64,000 bases of DNA from positions 8,290,956 through 8,354,955 of the forward strand of contig NC_057758.1 in the NCBI RefSeq assembly GCF_004010195.1, given 5' to 3'. This DNA is from Chiloscyllium plagiosum. Taxonomy: Eukaryota. Below the pieces are notes generated by a model that did no database searches, was not told where the DNA came from, and saw only the letters and a program-made list of their open reading frames with translations. Made by a program: the position numbers and the translations under genes. Position 1 is the stretch's first letter. Each line of letters opens with the position of its first letter. This document shows positions 26,401-39,559 of the stretch, in pieces.

Positions 26401-27256
26401 TTCCACATCATGTGTATCCACTGATGTAGGTCCCACTATCTTGATAACTAGCGTAGACACTTCAAAATAGCTCCGGGCAATCTTCACATCAGGGTATTGG
26501 TCCCCCTCTCGTTCGGGTGCAACCTTTGCCTCTTGTACAGGTTAGCTGTGCTTCAGACGAGGTGCTTCAGATATATCCCTGCCCTCTGCATCAGTTCCTC
26601 AGCGACACATTCATTCTGCCCCACTCTCATGAGCACTGTGATCAGAGATTACGATACTTGTGGTCCATCTTTATAAACTCTGCAGGACCCGATACCATTC
26701 TTACCTACGTTTTTGTCACCCATGTGTAAAACAGATTCTTACAGTGCAGGATACACTTTGAAAATTTGCTCAATCACTTTGAGAAAGCCTTGATCCTGGC
26801 GCCATTAGGCTCACATCGTCCTGGACTCTCGATCGTACCGCAGAAAGATTTGTCTGATCAGTGGATGCAATACCACATTTGGCAATTTGACCTCGCCAAC
26901 ACCGCTTTACAGCAGAGCTAGTTATGGTTCCAAAGACTTGGATGCTGCTGCTATTTCACCCCAATGTATATTCCACCCCAACAATGCACAGCAATTTGAA
27001 CTTGTTTGAAATTTGTAACATGAGAATTCGGTTCCACCTGACAATCAGTCCTCGTAGACACCCATCTATCTGAATACACCTGCAGTGCGACGAGCTCCCT
27101 GAAGGTACTATCCATTAAATTATGTGCCTTCTGTATGGTCCTCAGTCCATACAACTGTTCCTCCAAATTATGCATGCAGTCTGAGAGGAGCAGGAGCCAG
27201 ACACACAGTGGTTGCAGGACAGATTGACATGTGTGTCCTCGACCATGAATCACCAA
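23464..27256 (-). mobile_element. near full-length decayed CR1 LINE (ORF1 + ORF2)
   Basis: ORF1-like LLLLSDCMHNLEEQLYGLRTIQ; EN RVVVMRDVNFRTIEW; RT GPDGIDPRFLKE. Confidence 0.9.
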
Positions 27257-28872
27257 ATGTTGGTAATTCCTTGAAACATTCGACTGCTTTTAACACAGTG
27301 GTAGTGTCCTTGCCCGAAGACCAAAAGACTTGGGTTCACGTCCCACATGCGCTGACATGGATGACAGTGCACCTGAAGATAGTGAATCAAAACACTTACA
27401 ACTTCCCCTCTGCATAACTGACTTCTTTCACTTCCTTCATCTTGGAAGATCTCTTGTGGTGCAGTGGAAATGTCAGGCATGCAAAACCCAGATGCATGCG
27501 CCTCGAGGTGTGTCATAATACTCTGACGTGACCGTGTTTGCAAATACCCTACAAACGTAGAAACAAATGAATGGAAAGGCAATTTTGATGTTTCTTACGA
27601 GAGAAGGAGAATAATTTTGGAAACTCTCAGAAAAATGTTACTGNNNNNNNNNNNNNNNNNNNNNNNNNNNNNNNNNNNNNNNNNNNNNNNNNNNNNNNNN
27701 NNNNNNNNNNNNNNNNNNNNNNNNNNNNNNNNNNNNNNNNNNNNNNNNNNNNNNNNNNNNNNNNNNNNNNNNNNNNNNNNNNNNNNNNNNNNNNNNNNNN
27801 NNNNNNNNNNNNNNNNNNNNNNNNNNNNNNNNNNNNNNNNNNNNNNNNNNNNNNNNNNNNNNNNNNNNNNNNNNNNNNNNNNNNNNNNNNNNNNNNNNNN
27901 NNNNNNNNNNNNNNNNNNNNNNNNNNNNNNNNNNNNNNNNNNNNNNNNNNNNNNNNNNNNNNNNNNNNNNNNNNNNNNNNNNNNNNNNNNNNNNNNNNNN
28001 NNNNNNNNNNNNNNNNNNNNNNNNNNNNNNNNNNNNNNNNNNNNNNNNNNNNNNNNNNNNNNNNNNNNNNNNNNNNNNNNNNNNNNNNNNNNNNNNNNNN
28101 NNNNNNNNNNNNNNNNNNNNNNNNNNNNNNNNNNNNNNNNNNNGAGCTAGTTATGGTTCCAAAGACTTGGATGCTGCTGCTATTTCACCTCAATGTATAT
28201 TCCACCCCAACAATGCACAGCAATTTGTACTTGTTTGAAATTTGTAACATGAGAATTCGGTTTCACCTGACAATCAGTCCTCGTAGACACCCATCTATCT
28301 GAGTACACCTGCAGTGCGACGAGCTCCCTGAAGGTACTATCCATTAAATTATGTACCTTCTGTATGGTCCTCAGTCCATACAACTGTTCCTCCAAATTAT
28401 CCATGCAGTCTGAGAGGAGCAGGAGCCAGACACACAGTGGTTGCAGTACAGATTGACATGTGTGTCCTCGACCATGAAACACCAAATGTTGGTAATTCCT
28501 TGAAACATTCGACTGCTTTTAACACAGTGGTAGTGTCCTTGCCCGAAGACCAAAAGACTTGGGTTCACGTCCCACATGCGCTGACATGGATGAAAGTGCA
28601 CCTGAAGAATGTGAATCAAAACACTTACAACTTCCCCTCTGCATAACTGACTTCTTTCACTTCCTTCATCTTGGAAGATCTCTTGTGGTGCAGTGGAAAT
28701 GTCAGGCATGCAAAACGCAGATGAATGCGCCTCGAGGTGTCTCATAATACTCTGACGTGACCGTGTTTGCAAATACCCTACAAACGCAGAAACAAATGAA
28801 TGGAAAGGCAATTTTGATGTTTCTTACGAGAGAAGGAGAATACACTTGGAAACTCTCAGAAAAATGTCACTG
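26915..28872. repeat. 729-bp direct repeat flanking a gap (26915-27643 / 28144-28872)
   Basis: The sequence ending at the gap reappears immediately after it with scattered substitutions. Confidence 0.95.
27644..28143. other. assembly gap
   Basis: 500 N. Confidence 1.
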
Positions 28873-29051
28873 AGAGGACTCTGTACAGATTTGGGTAAAA
28901 TCACTTCAAAAGCAATAGACCCATTGTTTACTTCCTGATCAAAGGTTTTGGCTGATGAGAAATTCTATATATACTGAGGTCTACACTCAGTGCAATTCAG
29001 GAGATTCAGATCTCGTCTCATTCAAATATTTATAAGACAGTCAGAAAGTTA

Positions 29052-29168
29052 AAGGCGAAAGTAAGAACGGCAGATGCTGGAGATTCGAGTCGAGAGTGTG
29101 GTACTGGAAAATCACGATAGATCAGGCAGCATCCGAGGAGCAGGAGAGTCGACATTTCAGGCAAATGA
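29052..29168 (-). mobile_element. Penelope pLTR-derived short repeat
   Basis: gcagatgctggagattcgagtcgagagtgtggtactggaaaa..caggcagcatccgaggagcaggagagtcgacatttcaggc. Confidence 0.85.
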
Positions 29169-29169
29169 T

Positions 29170-29724
29170 TTGCTCTCAGTAAAATGTGCTTGAACGTGGG
29201 ATGGTTGAGCAGTAAGATAAGCAGAAATGGAAGACATGTCGTTAGTATACTGTGGAGGAACTCGACTACTGCCCAGATCAGAGAAAACTGAATATTGTCC
29301 ATTACAACACAAATCATGGAACGTTCATTCGCTGATACTGACTTGTTAATGCAAAGTACCAGAAAATGTTCCACATGCTGCTCACCGCAGTGACTGTTCC
29401 CGGACCACGGCGTTGTTTTCTATCTGTAATCATTACTTATCCGCTTCTGGCAACAAATGGCCACAAATCAATGAAAGTTGAATGTGACCGAGAACGAGGC
29501 AGTGCAGTCAGTTCCTGCAGAAAGCAGAACAGCGTGGATGTTACATATGGGCAGATCCAACAGGGAACGGAACGTTACTTGATAAAACATCAGCAGCTGC
29601 CTCAAAATAAGATGGAGAATAATGACCAGGAGATCAGAAACTGACGTAGCAATCAGATAACGTGTGATGCAAATCGAGAGACCACACCTTCTGCGAGACA
29701 GGACCTTAATTGTGAGAAGCTTAG
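29170..29724 (-). pseudogene. GPR139-like GPCR pseudogene (TM1-TM5), truncated at the short repeat
   Basis: IKVLSRRRCGLSICITRYLIATSVSDLLVIILHLILRQL; LPICNIHAVLLSAGTDC; WAVVEFLHSILTTCLPFLLILLLN; acceptor mutated to cacat; stops and frameshifts. Confidence 0.9.
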
Positions 29725-30239
29725 ATGTGAGGAAGGGAAATAGGCATGGTAATAATCACACAGTTTGATAATATAATACTTATCCAAATTAAGATTTACG
29801 GAATTGTGCCTAGTATTCATACAGTGCAAACATATTGATAAAGAACACGTGCATAATAAGAGGCTTATTGCCTCTCATGCTATTCTTCAGGCATCAGGAC
29901 ATGGAAAGCGGGAACAACAGGACATGGAACTTCTGTTCAGAGGGCAGCAACAGAATCGAATGGTGTACGTGATTTGATGTTCAGACTTTGAAGTGAAGAA
30001 CCATAACTATAGTTGGTCGTGTGTAGAGGCATTCAACCCAAATAATTCAGCATTTAAACAGTACACAATGCCTCCATTCTACCTCCTTCAAGTGCAGAAG
30101 CTTTCCTTTCCATGCATTGTATTTTGTTGATCAGTATTTTCTTTATTTGCTCACTCACAGAACCTGTCTTTGTGTCATCCAAAATTCTTGCTTTCCTAAA
30201 GGTTGTCCGAAAGAAGACAGCAAATGTTAGTGGATCGGA

Positions 30240-31255
30240 ATATTCCACCTGGAGGTCGCTGCCCAGTGGTGCCCCAAAATGACTTTTTTCTTGCGACTCT
30301 GCACTTTGGTATTTCTCTATAAATGACTTGGATGAAGAGGTGGAAGGTGAGTTAGTACATTTGCCGATGACACAAAGTTCGGTGGTGTTGTATGCGGTGT
30401 CGATTGCTCTTGCAGGTTACAATAAGACATTGACAGGATGCAGAGCTGGGATGACTATTGGTACATGGAGTTCAACATGAACGAATGCGAAGTGATTCAT
30501 TTTGGAAGTTCGAATATCTAGACAGCCATAAAGATGGGGTTCTTGGCAATGTGGATGAGCAGCGGGATTTTGGGGTACACATACATAGATGCCTCAAAGT
30601 TTATACCCAAGAGGGTAGAGATGTTCATAAAGCTTGTGGTGATTTTTTTTTTGGCTCTTATTAATAGGGGAATTACGTTTAAAAGCCGCAGTTTTTTGCT
30701 GCAGCTCTACATAAAACTCGATAGATTACACTTGGTACCTTGTTTTCAATTCTGGTCGCCCCATTATCGGAAGGACGTCAATGTTTTAGTAAGAGTAAAG
30801 TAGTGTTTTGCCAGGATGTTGCCTGGATTTGTGGGTTTGTCTACTGAAGAGTGATCGAGTGAGCTCGGAATTCTGACATTGGAGAGATGAAGGAAGAGAG
30901 GCGACTAGGTGTACAAGGTGATGACTTGCATAGTTACAGGCGACAGCCGAAGACTTACGTTCAGGGCAGAAATAGCTGTCACGGTGTACCACAATGTCCA
31001 GATGATGAGAGGAGGGTAGAGGGTGGACGTCAGGAGTAGGTTATGCAGAGAGTGGTGGGTGTTTGGAATGCACTGCCGGCCATTGTAGTAGAGTCAGAGA
31101 CATTAGGGAATTAAAAGTGACTGCTGGACAAGCACAAGGACGGCAGTAAATTGAGGGATGTTTTGGCTAGGTTGATCTCAGTTTAAGATAAATGCTTGGC
31201 ACAATATCGTGTCCAAAGGGCCTGTACTTCTCTACACAGATCTATGATCTATGTT
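30240..31255 (+). mobile_element. 5'-truncated CR1 LINE (RT and 3' UTR)
   Basis: FADDTK motif at ~30360; LQLYIKLDRLHLVPCFQFWSPHYRKDV. Confidence 0.9.
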
Positions 31256-32639
31256 TGATTTTTTCTGCAAGCCTGGGTGGACGTTCCGCATGTGCTGGAT
31301 TAGTCACACATCACTCACGAAGAATTTGATTCAAAATTCTCACAGTTTCACCACTCTATTACTACTTTCAGTGACGTCATTCATCTCTGAGCTGTTATTG
31401 TTGTGCAGTGGTATCAAGACCACCTTAACAGCAGAGGCCATAGACTGAATTCCCACTAGATCATAAATATTTAGGATTATTCGGAGTCAGTCGGTTTTTC
31501 AAATAACTGCAATCTGCAGAACAATTGTAAAAATAAACACAACGTTGGTGATTCACCCAAAAGAGTGGATAAGTATTTGGAAACTCACCAAATCTTATCG
31601 AAAGGGCTGTATTCAGACTTGCATAAGGTCCCTTCGTAAGGAAACGGCCGTATTTTAATTCCAGATGAGAAGGTGAAGTGTTTTGTTCCACACCCAATAG
31701 ACGTCACGAGGCTGAGAGATGATCTGATTTAATAATACATGAAAGCTGCGTGACAAGACATTTGAGAGATGAACGGCTTTGAAAGAGTCGATTTACAACG
31801 GGAGATGATAATGGGACTATATCTCAACTTCTGGAGGTCGGGAATGTTTTGACTTCTCCTCTGCACACATCTTCCACAAACACCTTCTCCCAATCGAACA
31901 AGGACTGCTGTCTGAATCACTCAATGCCTGAGAGGATGAGAAAGGTCGAGTTCAGAGAGACCAGGGAGTCAATTGTGATGCAAAAAAGGCAGGAACTTGA
32001 CGAAAGCCATCTGTCATGAATTATTCTTTCGAGATTGGCAGCATCAATGAGCTTTGGAAATCTATGGATTTAATGTCTCTTTTCTGTAGAAGCATTTATC
32101 TTTTGTTTCAAGTGAGCCTACTCACTTCCCTCTTGAGAATTATTTGAATTTAATGACCAGACGGCTCAGAGGTTGGAAAAGCAGGTATTACGATGGCAAA
32201 TGTAATGTTTGCAGTTACTGTTCAAGTACGGTAATATTAGAGGCAGGGAAGTGTTGATCTAACTGCTCAAGGCATTGGTGTTTTCACGTCTGCAGTACAG
32301 CGTAATATTTTTGTATTTCCCTTGAGAGATTGTTACTGCATTGGCGGAGGTTCACCAGATCTAGCCCAGATGAAATGCCCTTGGCTTATGGAGACATATT
32401 GATCTGTTTGGGGCTAAACGTTCGCTGGAGATTCGAAGAATGAGAGGAGGTCTAAGTAACGATGGTATGGTGCGAAAGATAATTGGCAAAGACAAAGCGG
32501 AGGGGCAATCTAGAGCGAGAGATTGTAGTATTAGGATAAAGGCGAGCAGATTTAGGCAAGATGAGCCGGAATTGTTTTCTCAATGGATTGAGCGTACTTA
32601 CCTCGAGGGTCGCGGCCCTCTAATTTCGTTTCAGCAGTA

Positions 32640-35600
32640 GGAAGAGCTGGAGCGTTGAGCAGGGGGCTGATGGGAGGATGGATCACAGGTTAAGATAGTT
32701 GCCTCATGAATAGGTGGAGCGTATGATGAACAGGAGCTAGCACGGATCTGCTAAGTAAGTGAAATAATATATTTTGGTGTTTCTTTACCCGAAATACGAC
32801 TTATGTCATGTCGCCCACTCATTCTCCTCCTCTAACCAAAAGAAAACTATATGTGGGCCTGATCTGTAAGGTAGGTTATTTTCTATTTTTCAGTCTCGTT
32901 GGGAATTTAGAATAGTAAAATGGTGGTTAGAGCAGTTGAGTGTTCCTTTTTCAGAATGTGGGAGTTAAGGGTCACCAGTAATGTCGCTGCTGAATTCATC
33001 TGCGGGACGCAACTCCATCTCCTCGAACGCCACGTTCGGGAACTGGAGCTGGAGCTAGATGAACTTCGGATCATTCAGGATTTGGAAAGCGTTATTGAGA
33101 GGTGTTAGTGGAAGGTAGTCAAACCTTAGGTGCAAGAAAAAGACAAACAGTTTACAGTGAGGAGATGGAAAGGGATCCGGCAGGCATTGCAGGTAATCCC
33201 TGTGGCCATTCCCCTCACTAGCAATATACCATTTGGATACGGTTGGGGGAGATTACCAGGGGTAAATGATGGGGTACAAGTCTCTGGCATAGAGTCTTTC
33301 CTTGTTGATCCCAAAGGAAGGGGGGAGATGAGCAGACCAGTATTCATTGAAGATTATAAAGTCTGAAGGACAGATAGTTGCTTTTGTGAAAACGAGAGAG
33401 TCTCATTTTAGTGTGTTTCCTCCCAGGTGCCAGCGTTCGTGATGTCTCAATCAAGTTTTCGACACCCTTCAGGGGGAAGGGGAGTACCCTAAGTAGTGGT
33501 CCACAGAGTTACTAACGACATAGGTCGGAAAAGGGATAGAGATTTATGGCAGGAATTCAGGGGTGTCAGGTGGAAGCTTAATGCTAGAACAAACAGAATT
33601 GTTATCTTTTTTGCCCCTGCCACATGCTAGCGAAGCGATAAATAGTGAGAGAGATGAGTTGAACCCGTGCAATAGGGATGGTGCAGGAGGGACGTTTTCA
33701 GATGTCTGGATAATTGGGGCTTATTGTGGGGTAGGTGAGACTTCTAATAACAGGATAGTCTTCACATGAACAAGTGGGGTACCAGGATCCTGGAGGTGAA
33801 CACTGTAATGTACTGTGTGAGCGTTTAAAGAAATTCAGCAGGGGAATGGAAATTTAAATTATAGTTCTAATATCCAGGAGGTTGTGAGAATTGAGGTTTC
33901 AAGGTCGCAAGAGTGCACCAGCAAGCATGAAGGTGGTTTGAACTGTGTCTACTTCAACATTCGGTGGATCCGGAAAAGCGCCATTGCTCTATCCATGTCT
34001 CCGGAATAGCACCTTTGTTTGGTACCTGTAACTTCGATGATGTCGCCATTTCGGAGACATGGATAGAGCCGAGACAGGGATGATTGTTTTAGGTTCCGGG
34101 ATTTAGATGCTTCAGTAAGAACAGAGAAGATCGTAAAAAAAAAGGGGCAGTGTGGCATTATCCAGCAAGGACAGCACTATGAGAACGTTTGAGAACTCGT
34201 CTACTGCAGTAGTATGGGGTGAGGTAACAAACACGAAAGGAGAAGTCAAACCTTTTCTCCAGGCCTCGGAATATTTCCAGAGATGTAAAAAAGTATAGCA
34301 AAGATAATTCTAGATAGGATCGAGAGTAACATTGTGGTTGTTATAGAGGCAATTAAATTTACAAATATTGACTAGTAAAAATGCAGTTCGAGTACTTGGT
34401 GATTTTTTGTCCACTGTGTGCAGCATGGTTTACTGACACAGCATGTAGACAAGCCTACAAGGGGCGATACTACATTGAATTTGGTTCAGGGTAATGCACC
34501 AGGCCAGGTGTTAGATTTGGAGGTTGGTGGGCACTGCGGTGATAGTAACCATAATTCGAATATATTAACTTTCGAGATGGAAAGGGCATGGTATATAAGT
34601 CAGGGAAAGAGTTATTGCTGAGATAAAGGCTAGTAAGATGAGATTAGGCAAGATTTACGGTATACAGGATGAAGGGAAATTGCATTGAAATGTGAAGCTC
34701 GTTCAATGAGCCACTCCTGCGTGTCCTTGATAGGTATGTACCTGTCAGGCAATGAGAAAGTAGTCAAGCAAGGGAGCCGTAGTTTACCAAAGAAGTTGAA
34801 TCTCTTGTTAAAAAGAAGCAGATTTATGTTATGATGAGATGTGAAGGCTCAGTTAGGGCGCTTGACAGTTAAAGGTTCCCCAAGAGTGAGCTAAAGAGAG
34901 AGCTAAGAAGAGCCAGGAGGGGACTTAAGAAGTCATTGGCAGACATGACCAAGGGCAACTCTAAACCTCGTTGTAAGTATATCAGGAAAAACTAATGACT
35001 AGAGAAAGCTTAAGGCTAATGAAGATAGTCGTGGGAAGTTGGGTGCGGAGCCCAAGGAGACTAGAGAAGCGCGAAATGAATATTTTTCCTCGGTATTCAA
35101 AAAGGAAAAAGACAATGTTGTCGAGGAGAATACTAACATACAGGCTACTACCCGAGACGGGATGGAAGTTCACATGGAAGATGTGTTTCCAATTCTGGAG
35201 AGTGCAAAAACAGATAGATCTCTTCGAACAGATGGGATCGATCATAGGCATCTCTGGGAAGCCCGTGAAGTTTTTCCTGAGTCTTTTGTTTTGAACTTTA
35301 TGTCGCCATTCTCGGCAAGAATACTGCCAAGAGTCTGGAGGATAGTAAATGTTTCTCCCTTGTTCAAGAAGAGACAATCCTGGTCATGATAGCCTAATGA
35401 AACTTACTTCAGTTGTGGGTAAAGCGTTGCAAAAGGTTATAAAAGTTAGGATTTGTAATCATGTCCAGAGGAATGAGTTCATTTGGAAACGTCAATACGG
35501 TTGTCTGAAGGCAATTTCATGCCTCACAGATTTTATTGAGTTCTTTGAGCTGGTGTGCAAACAGGTGGAAGAAGGTAAAGCGTTTGGTGTCATGTATATG

Positions 35601-36290
35601 TCTTTCAGTAAGGCGTTTGATAAGGTTCTCCATGGTAGAAGGTTGCGCAAAATATGGAGGCATGACATTAATGGTGATTTAGCTGTTTGGATAAGAAATT
35701 GACATGTGAAAGAAAACAGAGGGCGGTGGTTGATGGGAAACGTTCATCCTGGAGGTCAGTTACTAGTAGTGTGCCGCAACGATCTGTTTTGGTGCGTTTG
35801 CTATCTGTCATTTGTCTAAAGGACCTCAATGAGGACGAGAAAGGATGGGTTATTAAATTTGCGGATAACACTGATGCCGGTGCTGTTTTGGATGATGCTG
35901 AAGGATGTTGCAGTTTACAAAGGGACATAGATAAGCTGCAGAGCCTGGACTGAGAAGTGGTAGGAGATTTTAATGCGGAAAGGTGTGAGGTGATTCACTT
36001 TGCAACCAGCTGCTGTAGTAATGAGTACTGGGCTAATGGTAAGATTCTTGGAAGTATGGAAGAGTGATTTCGTTGTCCATGTACACAGACACTTGAAAGT
36101 TGCCACCCAAGTTGTTGGGTTTGTTAAAAAATCATACAGTTCGCTAGCTTTTATTTTTGGAGGGATTGATTTGCGGAACCATGAGGATATGCTGCAACTG
36201 TAGAAATCTCTGGTGGGGCCGTACTTGGATTGTAAACGTCGGCGCGGCATCGAGGTTCATCGGGCCTGTACTGCATTGTAATATTCTACA
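32640..36290 (+). mobile_element. near full-length decayed CR1 LINE
   Basis: ORF1 VECSFFRMWELR...LLERHVRELELELDELRII; EN LTQHVDKPTRGDTTLNLV; RT YMSFSKAFDKVLHGR, VPQRSVL, KFADNT. Confidence 0.92.
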
Positions 36291-36680
36291 TTTGTGTTTT
36301 TTTTTTGTGGAATTCACACTGCTTGAATGTGGTGAGAAGACGTAACAATGAGTAAATTAAAGTGTGTATGGATAAATGCATAATCAGCAACAGATTAAAG
36401 TATTGCAGAAAACAGGCAAAATAGTGGAATTGAGGCCTCGATGAGATCAGCCTTGATCGCAATAAATGGTGGAACAGCTTCAAGGGCCGGAATAGCGTCA
36501 CCAGTTTCTAGTTCTTATGCTGTTATGTTAGAAGTGACCGTAAGTATTGTAGTTGATTAAAAAAAACTGCAAAATGTTCTGGAACCTTATAAACGATGTT
36601 AAAGATCTTAGGTTCAGAAGCAGTTATCAAAAACCATTGCCAAACACTGGCACCCCTCTAAAAATGTTTTTCTCCTCTCA

Positions 36681-37576
36681 TTACAGACATTGAAGAATGA
36701 GGGTTAAGCGATATTTCAGCATATTGTTTAGCTGCTCTCTGAACTTACTCTGGGTCACGACATAGACACACGTGTTAGTGCAGCAGCTCAGGAGCTGCAA
36801 CATGAAACCCAGTCATTGCATATAATAAGGCATTAACACAGACCTGAAACCGAAATTAAAGATCCACATCCAAACAGAATAAATCATTAAAGTTGACCAT
36901 AACAAGATAAAGTTCACGGAAATGGCGAGGAGCAAAATGATGGATCTCCATCGTCTCTCCATCTCTGTGTCTTCGTGACTTTCATTATTGCTGGATGATC
37001 GCAGTCGCCTGCGGAATTTGCTGCTCGCTGAAATGTGTCTGACTGTGAAGATGTTGAACAGTAAAATCAGAAGAAATGGAATACATTATGTTAGTATGTT
37101 GTGCAGGAACTCGACTGATACCCAGACCGGAGAGTTCTGAACATAATCCATTGTAACATAAAACCACAGGAAGTTCATGTGTAGATACTTAGTCGTTAAG
37201 GCAAAGTACCAGAAAATATACTTTAAGATGCTCACCACGGTCACTGTTCCCAGAACTATGGTCGCTGTTTTCACAACGCAATACTTATTTCTCAGTTTCT
37301 GGCAACAAGTCGCCACAAATCGATCAAAGGTAAATGCGGCCGTGAACCACACAGAGCAGTCAGTTACTGCATAAAGCAGAACAGCATGGACGTTACATAT
37401 GGGCAGTTCCAGCAATGAATAAAATGTTCTTGGATAAAGGGTCGGCAAGTGCCTCAAAATCAGATCGAGAATAATCACCAGGAGATCTGAAGCTGCCATG
37501 GCGATCAGGTAAGTTGTGATACAATTCGAGAGACCGCATCCTCCGTGACTCAGAATCCTAATTGTGATTAAGTTAA
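36681..37576 (-). pseudogene. GPR139-like class A GPCR, complete large coding exon with two premature stops
   Basis: Acceptor cctcacAG|TT at 37578/37576; one frame of ~297 codons NLITIRILSHGGCGLSNCITTYLIAMAASDLL..FTFDRFVATCCQKL..LT*CIPFLLILLFN..EMERRWRSIILLLAISVNFILLW..MQ*LGFMLQLLSCCTNTCVYVVTQSKFREQL; premature stops at 37086-37088 and 36813-36815, terminal TAA at 36681-36683; exon 1 not found. Confidence 0.93.
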
Positions 37577-37657
37577 CTGTGAGGATGTGAAATAAACACG
37601 GTGAGAGTACATCAGGCTGGAAAATATAATCAGTTCGAATGAGGATTTAGAAAACTT

Positions 37658-37790
37658 GTTCTGAGTCAGGATCACCGGACCTGAAACGTTAACTTTGATT
37701 TCTCTTCACAGATGTTGTCAAGCTTGCTCAGCTTTTCAAAAAGCTTCTATTTAAGTTTTTGATTTATGATATCCGCAATTAGTTCCCTTT
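37658..37790 (+). mobile_element. Penelope pLTR-derived short repeat, third family (decayed)
   Basis: ctgagtcaggatcaccggacctgaaacgttaac..cagatgttgtcaagcttgctcagc; related copies near 49312-49460 and 49583-49680. Confidence 0.6.
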
Positions 37791-38189
37791 TTACTAATTG
37801 ATCTGTGTTAATTATTGACGCAGGACAAACATATTGAAAAATAAAAATTGCATTGTAAAAGGGAAATTGTCTTCCAATGTGTCATCCAGGGTTTCAGAAG
37901 TAGAAAGTGCAGTTAACAAAACAGTGAAACACTATGAAGCTGTGGGTAGTGTTGGCATGGGGCGAAAAGAATCAAATGGGATGACTGTAGATTATTTCAT
38001 GGACAGAATTCGAAAGCAGAGAGGTGTAAATAAATTAACTACAATGTAGTGGCATTCAACCATGCAGTTCTCTATTTAAGTGGTATACAGTTCCTCCACT
38101 CCACCTTCTAATAACTGCAGAAACTCACATTCCCTCAAATTATATTTGGTCAGTTTGGATTTTCAGACTCGGTGAATCTACACCTGTAG

Positions 38190-39430
38190 CAAAAGTGACG
38201 ACTGAAGTTGCTGCAGATTTGAGTCAAGATTAGAGTGGCATTGGAAAAGCGCAGCAGGTCATGTAGCATCCGAGGAGCAGGAAAATCGACATTTCCGGCA
38301 GGAGCCCTTCATCAGGAATGAGGCTGAAAGCCTCGGGCATGAAGAGATAAATGGGAGAGCGTGGGGCTCAGGAGAAGCTAGTTGAGAGTGCAATAAGTGG
38401 ATGGAAGAAGGGGTAAATGTGATAGGTCGCAGAGGAGGATGGAACGGAGAGGTGGGAAGAAAGATTGACAGGTGGGACAAGTCATGAGGATTGTGCTGAG
38501 CTGGAGGTTAGGAACTCGGGACAGGTGGGGAGGGGAATTGAGGAAACTGGTGAAAGTCAGGTTGATGCCCTGGGTTTGAAGGGTACTGAGGCAGAAGATA
38601 AAGCGTTCTTCCTTCAGGCGTCGCGTGGTGAGTGAGTGGCGGTGGAGGAGGCCCACGACCTTCATGTCCTCTGTGAGGTTGATTGCTGCAGGTGTCCCGG
38701 AGATGTTCCCTGAAGCGCACTGTGAGAAGGCGCCCAGTGTTGATGCCCTGGGTTTGAAGGGTACTGAGGCAGAAGATAAAGCGTTCTTCCTTCAGGCGTC
38801 GCGTGGTGAGTGAGTGGCGGTGGAGGAGGCCCACGACCTTCATGTCCTCTGTGAGGTTGATTGCTGCAGGTGTCCCGGAGATGTTCCCTGAAGCGCTCTG
38901 TGAGAAGGCGCCCAGTCTCCCCAATTTAAAGGAGACTACATCGGGAGCATCTCATGCAATAAATGACCTTTCCGCAAATGCAGGTGAAACTTTGATGGAT
39001 GTGTCAGGCTCCTTTGGGGCCTTGCATCGTGGTGAGGGGGAGGTGTTGCAATTTTGCAATGCCTGCAGTGGCAGTGGAAGGTGGCGGGGGGAAGGATGTT
39101 TGTCGAGGGACATGGACCTGATTAGGTATTCACCGAAGGAAAGGTCTTTGCAGAAAGCAGATTGGAGTGGGTATGGAAATATATCCTGGTAGTGGGGTCT
39201 GTTTGTGGTGACGGAAATGCCAGCAAATGATACGGTTTATGTGGAGGTTGGTGAGGGTGGAAGGTGAGGACAAGGTGGTTCTGTCCTTGTTATTGTTGGA
39301 AGGATTGAGCACTAAGTGCGGGACGTGGATGAGATGCGTTGGAGGGCATCTTCAAACACGTGAGTGTGGAAATTACAGTCTACAAAGAAGGATACCAACT
39401 GGTGCGTTCTCTCGTGGAAGTGGTCCTCCT
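38190..39430 (-). mobile_element. 5'-truncated Penelope-like element (RT C-terminus, GIY-YIG endonuclease, pLTR with hammerhead core)
   Basis: IGETGRLLTERFREHLRD and RRLKEERFIFCLSTLQTQGIN (GIY-YIG domain); terminus attc-CTGATGA-agggctcctgccg-GAAA-tgtc-gatt. Confidence 0.88.
38561..38916. repeat. 178-bp tandem duplication inside the Penelope endonuclease region
   Basis: 38561-38738 and 38739-38916 are nearly identical. Confidence 0.95.
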
Positions 39431-39559
39431 TTGCGTCATTCTCTTCCCTTCCTTTATGCTCTGTTTTTTTGCCAATAAGATCGTTCACATTATCATTGCC
39501 GTGCCTTATCGTTAAATCCTTGTTTCCAGGAGAGTAATCTTAAATACTCTTGACATTAC

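Noticed and set aside
27617..28150. ORFs spanning gaps (also 59972-60610)
   Set aside because: Almost entirely N
37086..37499. 137-aa ORF as a functional GPR139 gene
   Set aside because: It is an internal part of a longer exon with two premature stops, and orthology to true GPR139 cannot be shown
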